This document shows positions 43,753 to 52,432 of a stretch of DNA of 55,976 bases, piece after piece (position 1 is the first letter of the stretch; every line of letters begins with the position of its first letter). The position numbers and the translations under genes were made by a program. The notes under the pieces are model-generated. The model had not been told where the DNA came from. It did no database searches and was given only the letters and a program-made list of their open reading frames with translations. The DNA lies in contig PSRQ01000023.1 in assembly GCA_003176165.1 (NCBI GenBank), positions 1 to 55,976 of the forward strand, read 5' to 3'. Origin of the DNA: Candidatus Cerribacteria bacterium 'Amazon FNV 2010 28 9' (lineage in GTDB: Bacteria; Patescibacteriota; Microgenomatia; UBA1400; UBA12028).

Positions 43753-46005
43753 ATGGCAGAAGCACCATCTGCGGTATCAAAAAAGAAACGAATGAGTCGT
43801 GTGGTGGAACAGAACATCGAAGCGAAACCACGCTCTATTCACATGAAGAAGCAGATGAAGTTTGAAGTGCGCAAACTGACTCCTGGTATGGGTGAAGCAG
43901 TGGCCAAACGGACGATCCTGCGTCCCAAAGAAGATGGAACGCTTGAGACATGGGGTGATGTAGCCAAACGCGTGGCACTTGGAAATGTGGGTTTACTTCC
44001 TGAGAAGTTTTCCAAAGAGCGCGCAAAAGAATTTGATATCCTTTACAAACACATCGCCAATGGCTCAATGCTTATGAGTGGTCGTCACTTGCAGCATGGC
44101 GATGAGACGCAAAACACGCGCAACATGGAAGTGTTTACCAACTGTTCGACGAGCTCTTCTTCGTTCATTTTATTTTATTTACTATTGAATGGTTCTGGAG
44201 TGGGGCGTTCCTACGATGATGACATGTGTGTCGTGAATTGGGACAACATGCCCATTGTCCATTGTGTCATCGATGAATCTCATCCAGATTTTGTGTGGGG
44301 ATTTGATGAGAGTGTAAAGGACGCACGGCACAAATACAAAGATGCGATTTGGTACGAAGTTCCAGATTCACGTGAAGGATGGGCGAGTGCGGTTGAAAAA
44401 ATGGAAACTTTGGCATTTGAAAAAAAGTGGGCAGACAAAACGCTCATCTTGGATTTTTCCAAAGTGCGTGCCAAAGGAGCTCCCATCGGTGGAATGCAAA
44501 ATCGTCCCGCTTCCGGACCAAAGCCGCTCATGAATGCCATTTCGCGAGTAGCCACGGTTAAAGATGCTGGTATGAGTGCGTGGAAGCAAGCCATGTTTAT
44601 CGATCATTACCTCGCTGAGTGTGTGTTGGTGGGTGGAGCGCGCCGCGCGGCGCGTATTGCCACCAAAGTGTGGACAGATAGTGAGATTTTTGACTTCATC
44701 GAGATCAAGCGCGGGGGATTCTTGTGGAGTGCGAATAATTCTGTGGCTGTCGACGAAAAATTTTGGAAGCAAAAAACAAAACACAGTCAAAAAGTGTTGG
44801 AAGCAGTCATGAAGGCCAGTTATTTTGATGGGACGGGAGAACCGGGTTTTGTAAACCAACACCGCTTGGTCCAAAATGATGATCACTACGATGGGTACTT
44901 GAATGGCAAATATGCCCAAAGTGCAAAGTACAAGCCGCTCAAAGATACAGAAAAAATGTTGTCGCTTATCGCACGCCACGCAGGTGCAAAGTACTATGCC
45001 CAGATCCCCAATCCATGCGGAGAGATCAGTTTGAATATGCTGGGAGGGTACTGTGTCATCGGTGATGTGGTTCCATACTTTGCGCCAACTGATGACGACG
45101 CAGAAGAAGCATTTCGCGCGACGGCTCGTGCCCTCATCAGAGTCAACCTCATGGATAGTTTGTACAACAAAGAAGTGAAGCGTACCAACCGTATCGGTGT
45201 CTCGATGACAGGATTGCATGAATATGCATGGAATCGCTTTGGATATGGATTCCGCGACCTCATCAACGAGAAAAAGAGTAAAGACTTTTGGATGATGCTC
45301 TCGCGCTTTAAACGTGCGGTCGTTGAGGAATCAGCTGCGTACAGTGCGCACCTTGGCGTTGTGGTTCCTCATACGAATACAACGATCAAGCCCGCCGGGA
45401 CAACCTCCAAGTTATTCGGTTTGACTGAAGGCGCGCACTTGCCCAGTATGCGCGAGTACATCCGGTGGGTGCAGTTCCGCAACGACGATCCGTTAGTCAA
45501 AAAGTACAAACGGATGAAGTATCCGATCAAAGAGCTCAAAAGTTACAGCGGAACCACGGTGGTTGGATTCCCAACTCAGCCTGAGATTTGCAAACTGGGC
45601 ATGGATGGAGCATTAGTGACTGCCGGTGAAGCCACACCAGAAGAACAGTACAAATGGTTGATGCTCTTGGAAAAATATTGGATTCAAGGTGTCGATGAGA
45701 GTGGAAAAGCCCTTGAAGACACGGGGAATCAAGTGAGTTACACACTCAAGTATGATCCACAAAAAGTGAACTACAAACAATTTGCCAAGATGCTGAAAAA
45801 ATATCAATCGCAAATCAAGTGTTGTTCTGTCATGCCACAAGTGGATTCGACAGCCTACGAGTATCAACCCGAGCAGGCCGTGACCATCAGTGAGTTTATG
45901 AAAGTGGTTAATGAAATTGAGACGGACGAGGAGTTAAAAGATAAAGTAGAAGAAGATATCGATATGGAAACGCTCAAGTGTGCATCAGGAGCGTGCCCAA
46001 TTTAA
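43753..46005 (+). CDS. Class II (adenosylcobalamin-dependent) ribonucleotide reductase, monomeric RTPR-like
   Basis: 750 aa. IPNPCGEISL active-site motif. C-terminal redox pair in LKCASGACPI. The size and tail resemble Lactobacillus-type RTPR. AAGGAAGGG lies upstream of the ATG. Confidence 0.8.
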   Translation: MAEAPSAVSKKKRMSRVVEQNIEAKPRSIHMKKQMKFEVRKLTPGMGEAVAKRTILRPKEDGTLETWGDVAKRVALGNVGLLPEKFSKERAKEFDILYKHIANGSMLMSGRHLQHGDETQNTRNMEVFTNCSTSSSSFILFYLLLNGSGVGRSYDDDMCVVNWDNMPIVHCVIDESHPDFVWGFDESVKDARHKYKDAIWYEVPDSREGWASAVEKMETLAFEKKWADKTLILDFSKVRAKGAPIGGMQNRPASGPKPLMNAISRVATVKDAGMSAWKQAMFIDHYLAECVLVGGARRAARIATKVWTDSEIFDFIEIKRGGFLWSANNSVAVDEKFWKQKTKHSQKVLEAVMKASYFDGTGEPGFVNQHRLVQNDDHYDGYLNGKYAQSAKYKPLKDTEKMLSLIARHAGAKYYAQIPNPCGEISLNMLGGYCVIGDVVPYFAPTDDDAEEAFRATARALIRVNLMDSLYNKEVKRTNRIGVSMTGLHEYAWNRFGYGFRDLINEKKSKDFWMMLSRFKRAVVEESAAYSAHLGVVVPHTNTTIKPAGTTSKLFGLTEGAHLPSMREYIRWVQFRNDDPLVKKYKRMKYPIKELKSYSGTTVVGFPTQPEICKLGMDGALVTAGEATPEEQYKWLMLLEKYWIQGVDESGKALEDTGNQVSYTLKYDPQKVNYKQFAKMLKKYQSQIKCCSVMPQVDSTAYEYQPEQAVTISEFMKVVNEIETDEELKDKVEEDIDMETLKCASGACPI

Positions 46006-46012
46006 CCTCTTT

Positions 46013-46061
46013 GTCATCCCGTACGCTCAAGCGCGAAGCGCGTGAGGGATACGGGATCCAG
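46013..46061 (+). repeat. Family-2 repeat, solo left hairpin
   Basis: gtcatcccgtacgctcaagcgcgaagcgcgtgagggatacgggatccag. Confidence 0.7.
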
Positions 46062-46113
46062 AAATGAGATTTTCACAAGCAGTACAAGATATAAAAGGTG
46101 AAAAGAGAAAAAT

Positions 46114-46335
46114 ATGACAGAACAAGAACATGGAGAAGAAGCGTCTGTTCGTATTGGGGATAAAGATTATCCGAAATCAGTTGTGGAGACAGCGCAGAGG
46201 ATAGCTCAAAAAACTCACAGTTCCTTAGAAGAGGCGATCCGTGCTGTAATCGTGTTCGAGCAAGCAGAACGCAATGCCAAACCAGCTGATCCCAACGAGC
46301 CAATACGTGTAATTTTCAGGCCAAGAAGAAAATAA
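46114..46335 (+). CDS. Small protein, NPNEP-motif paralogue A
   Basis: VIVFEQAERNAKPADPNEPIRVIFRPRRK. Shares a C-terminal motif with the next ORF. Confidence 0.55.
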   Translation: MTEQEHGEEASVRIGDKDYPKSVVETAQRIAQKTHSSLEEAIRAVIVFEQAERNAKPADPNEPIRVIFRPRRK

Positions 46336-46349
46336 AAAGGAACACGCCT

Positions 46350-46598
46350 ATGCCAAAAGAACTGATTAAACGACCAGAACTATCTACTGATCCTGACGTT
46401 GCACAGTTGCAACAGACGAGGTTCATTGTAAAACGTGTTGAAGAAATTCTAAAAAGATTTGGAGGAAACGCGAATAACATTGTTGGTTCCGTTGCCATGT
46501 TTGAGGAAGCATATCGCAATAGAAAACATGCGAATCCCAATGAACCAGGTCGTGCGGTGACGGGATCAATGAGTATTATTCCTCGACCAAAAGAATGA
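46350..46598 (+). CDS. Small protein, NPNEP-motif paralogue B
   Basis: VAMFEEAYRNRKHANPNEPGRAVTGSMSIIPRPKE. Confidence 0.55.
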   Translation: MPKELIKRPELSTDPDVAQLQQTRFIVKRVEEILKRFGGNANNIVGSVAMFEEAYRNRKHANPNEPGRAVTGSMSIIPRPKE

Positions 46599-46622
46599 CA
46601 CTTGGGAAGCCACAATAGCGAA

Positions 46623-46650
46623 AAGAGGTCTCACTTGAGGCCTCTTTTTG
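46623..46650 (+). terminator. Rho-independent terminator
   Basis: aagaggtctc actt gaggcctctt (one mismatch) followed by tttgtttgtttt. Confidence 0.65.
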
Positions 46651-46666
46651 TTTGTTTTCTTTTCTT

Positions 46667-46787
46667 GTCATTCCGACCGAAGTGGACGAATCTGTTAAAA
46701 ACCTCTGACATGCAGGTTCTATTTGGCTACAGATCTCTCCACTGTCTGGTCCGCCGATAAGGGGGAACCAGACACGGTCGAGATGAC
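46667..46787 (+). repeat. Family-3 composite hairpin repeat, copy 1; further fragments extend to about 46865
   Basis: gtcattccgaccgaagtggacgaatctg ... agatctctccactgtctggt..accagacacggtcgagatgac. Fragments gtgctcgaaatgac (46800-46813) and atcattccgagg (46844 onward) follow. Confidence 0.75.
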
Positions 46788-46870
46788 AAAATAAAAAACG
46801 TGCTCGAAATGACAGGAAGAAAAGAAGTTACTGACTCGTTTTTATCATTCCGAGGCGGATAGCCAGCAGA

Positions 46871-47599
46871 TCATTTCCCATGCGCCAGCACGATGCCATA
46901 AATCTTGCACCGCACGTGTTTTTTGATCGCCTTGGCGCATTCGTTCAACGTGGAGCGTGTGGTGGTCACATCATCGATGAGCAAAATTCTTAATTGGTGA
47001 CCGCGTTGCTGTGCCAACGCTCGCAAAATATCAGGATTGACCAACTCAAACGCCCCGTCCAGATTTTTCAGTCGTTCCTCTCGTTTCAGGTTCATTTGGG
47101 CGTGGGTATACCGTGTACGTTTCAACACCTTCGATGCGGTTGGGATATCAAGTTCTTTTCCAAGGGCTTTGGCAAGAATCTCACTTTGATTAAACCCACG
47201 TTCCCGTTGGCGTTTGGGATGAAGTGGCACGGGGATGATGACATCAGCAGTTTTTAATTCTGTAGGCAAATGTTGCGCCAGAATGGTTGTACCTTCCTGC
47301 AACATTGCAAAGCGATCTTGATACTTTGCTTTATGAATAAGTGTTTTGATGGCTCCGTCATGATGTGCAAGTGCAAAGAGACCATTTAAGCTGGTTGAGC
47401 GTTGGCAATGTGGGTGAGTACCAACTGGAGAAATGGCATATCCGCAAGCAGGGCAGAGTGGAAACTCAAAAAAACGGATGGTTTTTTCACAATCTTTGCA
47501 GATATATTTTCCCATCCTTCTACACTGTACGCAGGATGAAGGGAAGAATAATTGACCCAATAGTTCAATGACATCCATTGAATCATTATGCGCGCTCAT
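46871..47599 (-). CDS. comF: ComF-family phosphoribosyltransferase-like protein
   Basis: N-terminal Cys clusters CVQCRRMGKYICKDCEK...CPACG. PRTase motif ILLIDDVTTTRSTL. Start trimmed to the ATG at 47599. Confidence 0.85.
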   Translation of the reverse strand: MSAHNDSMDVIELLGQLFFPSSCVQCRRMGKYICKDCEKTIRFFEFPLCPACGYAISPVGTHPHCQRSTSLNGLFALAHHDGAIKTLIHKAKYQDRFAMLQEGTTILAQHLPTELKTADVIIPVPLHPKRQRERGFNQSEILAKALGKELDIPTASKVLKRTRYTHAQMNLKREERLKNLDGAFELVNPDILRALAQQRGHQLRILLIDDVTTTRSTLNECAKAIKKHVRCKIYGIVLAHGK

Positions 47600-47767
47600 C
47601 CGTGACCAAAAAAGAGTTTCATCACCACCCAAAGAAGAATGAGCCCACCGACTGGAACACCTAAAATCCAGAGGATTGCATATTTCATATGTCCTCCTTT
47701 CCTCTTTACCAAAAGTAGAATTGTAGCGTTGAAATGGAATAGTAGAGGTGTAAGAAAAACACAAGAG

Positions 47768-49294
47768 TTAGCTTCGTGTGTATTTCAAGTTTCGTTTCGA
47801 AAAAGTGGGAGAGGGTTCGTTCGTTTCATAATAATCTTGTCCACCGATTTGATTTTTGATGTCAACGTTGGCCCAGATGGGATAATTATTTTCAAACAGT
47901 GGATCCTGGCTTCCGTCATAGTTAGAGGTGTTCTGTGGAAGCAGAGCTTGATTGGTTCCACCATATGAGAAGAGAATGCCAACCTTTTTCCCACGTTTAC
48001 GGATTGCTTCAAATTGTGCAATAAGTGAGTTGAAATGGTCTGTGAGAAAATTCACACAGCCATGAGACCAATATGGATCGAGAGGAATATCAGGATACTC
48101 CTTCAAAGCAGTGCGTCGACCATTGTAACTTGGATTATCGAATACGGGTGGAACTTGATGAAAGGTAAAGTTTGAACCTTGGGAAGATTTACCATCTTTC
48201 GTGTGAACAAAAATTTCTGCCACGTCCGTCGTGGTTTGTAGACCACCAAATCCATAAATGAAGTTGTGACCTCCATAATCGGCGACGAGCGGTGGTGTAA
48301 ATGTGTGGCGAGGAACATCTTCTTGGTTGTATAAAACACCGTGTGTTCCATCGTAGTGATACGTAGAGCCATACATCGACTTTGCTAAACTTTGCTCGAG
48401 TGCTGGTACGCGGGGCAAGCGAGCACCGACCAACGATGGATAGGTGTGTGAGAGTGTTGGCTGATGATGCGTGTCGAATGTATAGACACTTGCGGTCCCG
48501 TCAAAAATATTGACAGTGAGTACGGCTTCATATGTGTCATCTTCTATAAATGGGGCATAGGATGGAGTGATATTTCCCGTATGTTCAATTTCTCGTAGCC
48601 CTGGATGTTCATAGATCCAGTGATCTTCGTCGATGGCTTTTTGGATAGCGGGTGGTTTAGGAAGGTCGTGGGTCGAGTAATATTCCCGCGCCAAGCGAAG
48701 TGGTGTTGAAAAGAACTCATCAATATTGATATACGGATTGGGAATAAGTACTGCAGGTAAAGAAGACAAATCAGAAAAAAGAGAAAATACTTCCGGAGCA
48801 ACTTCCACATTACCGACAGCAGTATTGGTTAGCTGCGTTGCAGATTCCTGTTGCGTAAGTGTGAGTTGTGGACTTGTTGAAGAAGGGAAGACAAACGGAT
48901 AACTTGTGTTTGTGTTGTCAGTACCCTTTTGAAGAGATCCCTTAAAAAAAGGTGTGAGTATGGATGACGTTCGTAGCCGATTGTAGAGACTAGCGAGTCC
49001 AATTGGGAATTGATGCGATGCGGTCCACACGCCATGTGTTTGTGCCACAAGGACTCCCACCAACTGTTCATAGAGCAGAATGAGAACGTGTTGTTGCGCA
49101 GGAAATTCAAGACGAGCTTGTTGGAGAACGAGGGCAAGATCTGTTGGTGAAAGAGGAGGGAAATTGGGATCAAAAGTGCCAAGCTCTATTGTTTCTGCTG
49201 TTACCTCGAGCAAAGGAAGGACGTCATGTAATGCATACATCATCCCTACATTTCTTATGAACTTGAGAAAATCTCTGCGAGAAAGCTCAGCCAT
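47768..49294 (-). CDS. Secreted protein with a Tat-like signal and a possible L,D-transpeptidase (YkuD)-like C-terminal motif
   Basis: MAELSRRDFLKFIRNVG resembles a twin-arginine leader. WSHGCVNF resembles the S-x-GC-[IV]-[RN] catalytic motif of YkuD domains. Confidence 0.6.
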   Translation of the reverse strand: MAELSRRDFLKFIRNVGMMYALHDVLPLLEVTAETIELGTFDPNFPPLSPTDLALVLQQARLEFPAQQHVLILLYEQLVGVLVAQTHGVWTASHQFPIGLASLYNRLRTSSILTPFFKGSLQKGTDNTNTSYPFVFPSSTSPQLTLTQQESATQLTNTAVGNVEVAPEVFSLFSDLSSLPAVLIPNPYINIDEFFSTPLRLAREYYSTHDLPKPPAIQKAIDEDHWIYEHPGLREIEHTGNITPSYAPFIEDDTYEAVLTVNIFDGTASVYTFDTHHQPTLSHTYPSLVGARLPRVPALEQSLAKSMYGSTYHYDGTHGVLYNQEDVPRHTFTPPLVADYGGHNFIYGFGGLQTTTDVAEIFVHTKDGKSSQGSNFTFHQVPPVFDNPSYNGRRTALKEYPDIPLDPYWSHGCVNFLTDHFNSLIAQFEAIRKRGKKVGILFSYGGTNQALLPQNTSNYDGSQDPLFENNYPIWANVDIKNQIGGQDYYETNEPSPTFSKRNLKYTRS

Positions 49295-49331
49295 ACGAGA
49301 AAGGATTGTATCACTTTGGTAAGATATAGGT

Positions 49332-49730
49332 ATGTCACAAGAACATCATCAATACGGAAATAACTTCTACATGTTGTTTGAAGCGAAAAAAGTCGCCTTA
49401 ACAGATCCTCAGCGCATGATGAGTGATACGTATCTTAAAAAGGCAGAGCAATTGTATGCTCTGCAATGGGATGCATTTTTAAATGAGAATGCAGTACTGA
49501 TAGAGGAGATTTTTAGTGCACTTGAGGGAGTAGCGGAGTACGTTGCTCTTCGGAAGAGATATAAAGAGTTGTTAAAAACTGGAGAGTTGGAACAAGCGGA
49601 TCGTTTTGATGAGGATACGAATTTTGAATTGGTCGGTGTAGAAGCTTGGAATGTGTTAAATCCTCTTTTGAAAGAAGCAGGAAGAAGAATGGCAGAATAT
49701 GGAATAGAACAGCAGGTTTTCTTTGGGTAA
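49332..49730 (+). CDS. Hypothetical helical protein
   Basis: 132-aa ORF with no recognisable motif. Confidence 0.5.
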   Translation: MSQEHHQYGNNFYMLFEAKKVALTDPQRMMSDTYLKKAEQLYALQWDAFLNENAVLIEEIFSALEGVAEYVALRKRYKELLKTGELEQADRFDEDTNFELVGVEAWNVLNPLLKEAGRRMAEYGIEQQVFFG

Positions 49731-49900
49731 ACGTACATTCTTCGTTTGAGATTCTGAAATTGTGAGCTAAGCCAGCGGAGAGAGAGGTCCCTACGGGATT
49801 AGGCGGGCACGTTGTGCTCGCCGTCAGATTCTGGCTAAAGCCACATAACCTCTTTCATCAACAGACTAAAAAACCGCGTCATACTCGGTTTCTCAGTCTG

Positions 49901-49987
49901 CGGAGAGAGAGGGATTCGAACCCTCGTGGGGCTTACGCCCCCAACCGCTTTCCAAGCGGTGGCACTCGGCCTCTATGCGATCTCTCC
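49901..49987 (-). tRNA. tRNA-Ser (anticodon GGA), class II with long variable arm; CCA not encoded
   Basis: The reverse complement folds as GGAGAGA/TCTCTCC acceptor, ACCGC-TTGGAAA-GCGGT anticodon arm, GGGGC-GTAA-GCCCC variable arm and GAGGG-TTCGAAT-CCCTC T arm, with discriminator G. Confidence 0.9.
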
Positions 49988-50067
49988 ACGTTAGAAAGAT
50001 AGTATACCAGAGAAAAAGAGCTTTTCCTCCTTGATTCCTCACTCTTCCTGGGATAATCTTGGCGCAT

Positions 50068-50511
50068 ATGGTATACCTTGGCTCTGATCATGGGGGATTT
50101 GAACTCAAACAAAAAGCGAAAGAGTGGATTAAAGAATTAGGCTTTGATGTTGAGGATTTGGGTGACAATGCTCCTATAGATCAAACCGACGACTATCCCT
50201 TGTTTGCACAAGCTGTATCAAAAGCCGTCCGTCAGAGTCCCATCAATCGTGGAATCTTGTTTTGTAAATCAGGTGGAGGGATGACGATCGCCGCCAACAA
50301 AGAGAACGGTATTCGCGCGGTAAATGTGATCGATGAGGCAACCGCGCGCCAAGCAAGGGAGCATTTGGATGCCAACATTATTGCTATTGGTTCCCGATGG
50401 GTGAGTGAAGACAACGCGCGCAAAGCGATTGCAACCTTTTTGACCACGATGTTTTCGGAAGAAGAACGTCACAAGCGCCGGATCGAAGAAATGAAAAATG
50501 AAGAAAAATGA
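50068..50511 (+). CDS. rpiB: Ribose-5-phosphate isomerase B
   Basis: MVYLGSDHGGFELKQ..., GILFCKSGGGMTIAANK. The track start at 50059 is a TTG; the ATG at 50068 is preferred. Confidence 0.9.
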   Translation: MVYLGSDHGGFELKQKAKEWIKELGFDVEDLGDNAPIDQTDDYPLFAQAVSKAVRQSPINRGILFCKSGGGMTIAANKENGIRAVNVIDEATARQAREHLDANIIAIGSRWVSEDNARKAIATFLTTMFSEEERHKRRIEEMKNEEK

Positions 50512-50911
50512 ACCCATGCACAAACAGCTGGCACAACTCAAAGAATTTCACGATAAGACCGATCATGAATGGAGAACTGATCCCACGATTGATATCCCTG
50601 ACAATATTAAAGATAGACGAGTGCGTATCATGCTGGAAGAATTTAATGAACTGATCGCTGCGATTTACCGCAATGAACCGATTGAGGATCTGGCTAAAGA
50701 ACTGGCTGATGTTGTGTACACGACATTTGGGACAGTAGGGGCGTTTGGATTGGCCGACAAGTTCGACGCTGTATTTGATGCCGTACATAAGAGCAATATG
50801 AGCAAGATCCCAGTGGATGGTGTGATCAAGTTCAATGAACATGGCAAAGTCATCAAGCCACCAGGATATAAAAAGCCAGATATTAAGAAGATCCTCGAAA
50901 GTAACTCCTAG
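50498..50911 (+). CDS. MazG-like nucleotide pyrophosphohydrolase family protein
   Basis: RIMLEEFNELIAA...LAKELADVVYTTFG...FDAVHKSNMSK is the all-alpha NTP-PPase pattern. The alternative ATG at 50516 avoids overlap with rpiB. Confidence 0.65.
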   Translation: MKKNEPMHKQLAQLKEFHDKTDHEWRTDPTIDIPDNIKDRRVRIMLEEFNELIAAIYRNEPIEDLAKELADVVYTTFGTVGAFGLADKFDAVFDAVHKSNMSKIPVDGVIKFNEHGKVIKPPGYKKPDIKKILESNS

Positions 50912-50950
50912 CGTTTTTCTTGATGTTGCCCTTGGTATAATGTATCCACT

Positions 50951-51610
50951 ATGACCATCATTCCTGCAATCCTTTCTGATTCAACTGAAACAATCCAATC
51001 ACAACTCGACCGTGTGCAAAATGAAACGGAGCTTACACGAGTGCAGGTTGATATTGTTGACGCAGAGTTTAGTGATGAGACGACTGTTTCTCCGATCGAT
51101 TTACTGCAGTTTCACAATGAAACGATTGATATCGATATTCACTTGATGACCAATGATCCGATCAATGATGTGGTGGAATGTTCCCAAGTTCCACATATCC
51201 GTGGCATCATCGCGCAGATCGAACACATGAGCTCGCAGCACGCATTTGTCGAGCACGTGAAGAGTTATAACTTGCGTGTGGGGCTTTCGATCGATTTAAC
51301 GACGCCAATTGAAGAACTCGATCCGCAGGTGTTGGGTTCGTTAGATATGATTCAAGTCATGGATATTCAAGCGGGGGCGCAGGGGCGACCATTTGGAGGA
51401 GAAAAAGCACTCAAGCATATTCGCGAAATCAAACAGGTGTTGGAAGAAAAAGGACTCGAACATATTGAAGTGTTGGCTGATGGGGGAATTAACACACGCA
51501 CAGAAATTGATGTGATTGATTCTGGAGCCGATGCGCTTGTTGTTGGAAGTGCTCTGTGGAATGCAACAGACCTTCAAGAGGCGATTGAGAAACTGCAGCG
51601 CACGGCATAA
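50951..51610 (+). CDS. rpe: Ribulose-phosphate 3-epimerase family protein
   Basis: IIPAILS, VQVDIVDAEF, IDIHLM, VMDIQAGAQGRPF, VLADGGIN, ALVVGSALW. Confidence 0.8.
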   Translation: MTIIPAILSDSTETIQSQLDRVQNETELTRVQVDIVDAEFSDETTVSPIDLLQFHNETIDIDIHLMTNDPINDVVECSQVPHIRGIIAQIEHMSSQHAFVEHVKSYNLRVGLSIDLTTPIEELDPQVLGSLDMIQVMDIQAGAQGRPFGGEKALKHIREIKQVLEEKGLEHIEVLADGGINTRTEIDVIDSGADALVVGSALWNATDLQEAIEKLQRTA

Positions 51611-51622
51611 GATGAATAGTAT

Positions 51623-51711
51623 GTCATTTCGAGCGAAGTCGAGAAATCTGTGGTCAGAAGGCAAAAAGATCTCTCCACTGTCTGGTTAAAACCAGACACG
51701 GTCGAGATGAC
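51623..51711 (+). repeat. Family-3 composite hairpin repeat, copy 2
   Basis: gtcatttcgagcgaagtcgagaaatctg ... agatctctccactgtctggttaaaaccagacacggtcgagatgac. Confidence 0.75.
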
Positions 51712-51753
51712 AAAAACATGTTTCTCTAAGCTATATTCTCTATTGCTCTATCT

Positions 51754-52392
51754 ATGCAAGTTCAAGCCAATGTCCCAGCTGCGAAATACTCTCCCTACAT
51801 CAAACGAGTAGCGATCTTTGGATCTGCTGATATCAAACCTGACAGTGAGTTGTATAAAGATGCATTTGAGGCGGCAAAACTTTTGGCGCAGGAGGGGAAA
51901 CTCATCGTGGATGGTGGTGGTCCGGGCGTGATGCAAGCAGCGACACTGGGGGCAAAATCCGTGGGAGGTCAGACGCTTGCAGTCACGTTTAACCCTGTAG
52001 ATGCCACATACTACGAAGGTCGATTTCAGGGGAACGTCGTCGACAAAGAAATCAAAACGAAAAACTATATCGAGCGCATGTTCACGCTCATGGACAACGC
52101 CGATGCGTTTGTCATTTTCCGTGGTGGAACTGGCACTCTTTCAGAATGGGCGACTACCTGGCTGCTCGCACATCTCTACTACGGCCATCACAAGCCATTT
52201 GTTCTCTACGGTGGGTGGTGGCAGGATGTGGTGGATGTGATCACTAAGCACTTTTTGATTGAAGGGCCAGAGATGAAAGTATTTAAGATTGCCAATACAG
52301 CCCAAGAAATGCTCTATATTTTTGATGAGTTTGAAGAAGAGATGAAGCAGCGGACAACTCAATATCCTCCATTTAAAACAAGGCAACTGTAA
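51754..52392 (+). CDS. LOG-family (TIGR00730-type) Rossmann-fold protein
   Basis: VAIFGSA, IVDGGGPGVMQAA, RGGTGTLSEW. Confidence 0.8.
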   Translation: MQVQANVPAAKYSPYIKRVAIFGSADIKPDSELYKDAFEAAKLLAQEGKLIVDGGGPGVMQAATLGAKSVGGQTLAVTFNPVDATYYEGRFQGNVVDKEIKTKNYIERMFTLMDNADAFVIFRGGTGTLSEWATTWLLAHLYYGHHKPFVLYGGWWQDVVDVITKHFLIEGPEMKVFKIANTAQEMLYIFDEFEEEMKQRTTQYPPFKTRQL

Positions 52393-52432
52393 GTTGCTGA
52401 GAAAAAGCTTTGAAGCATTGTATACTATAGAT

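Noticed and set aside
49814-50002. 62-aa ORF on the plus strand
   Set aside because: It overlaps the antisense of a well-folding tRNA-Ser(GGA), so the tRNA explains the region.
25937-51711. Could the recurring GTCAT...ATGAC repeats be a CRISPR array?
   Set aside because: Copies are dispersed over 25 kb in different intergenic regions, in both orientations, with internal hairpins and terminal inverted repeats. There is no regular repeat-spacer periodicity and no cas genes in the window.
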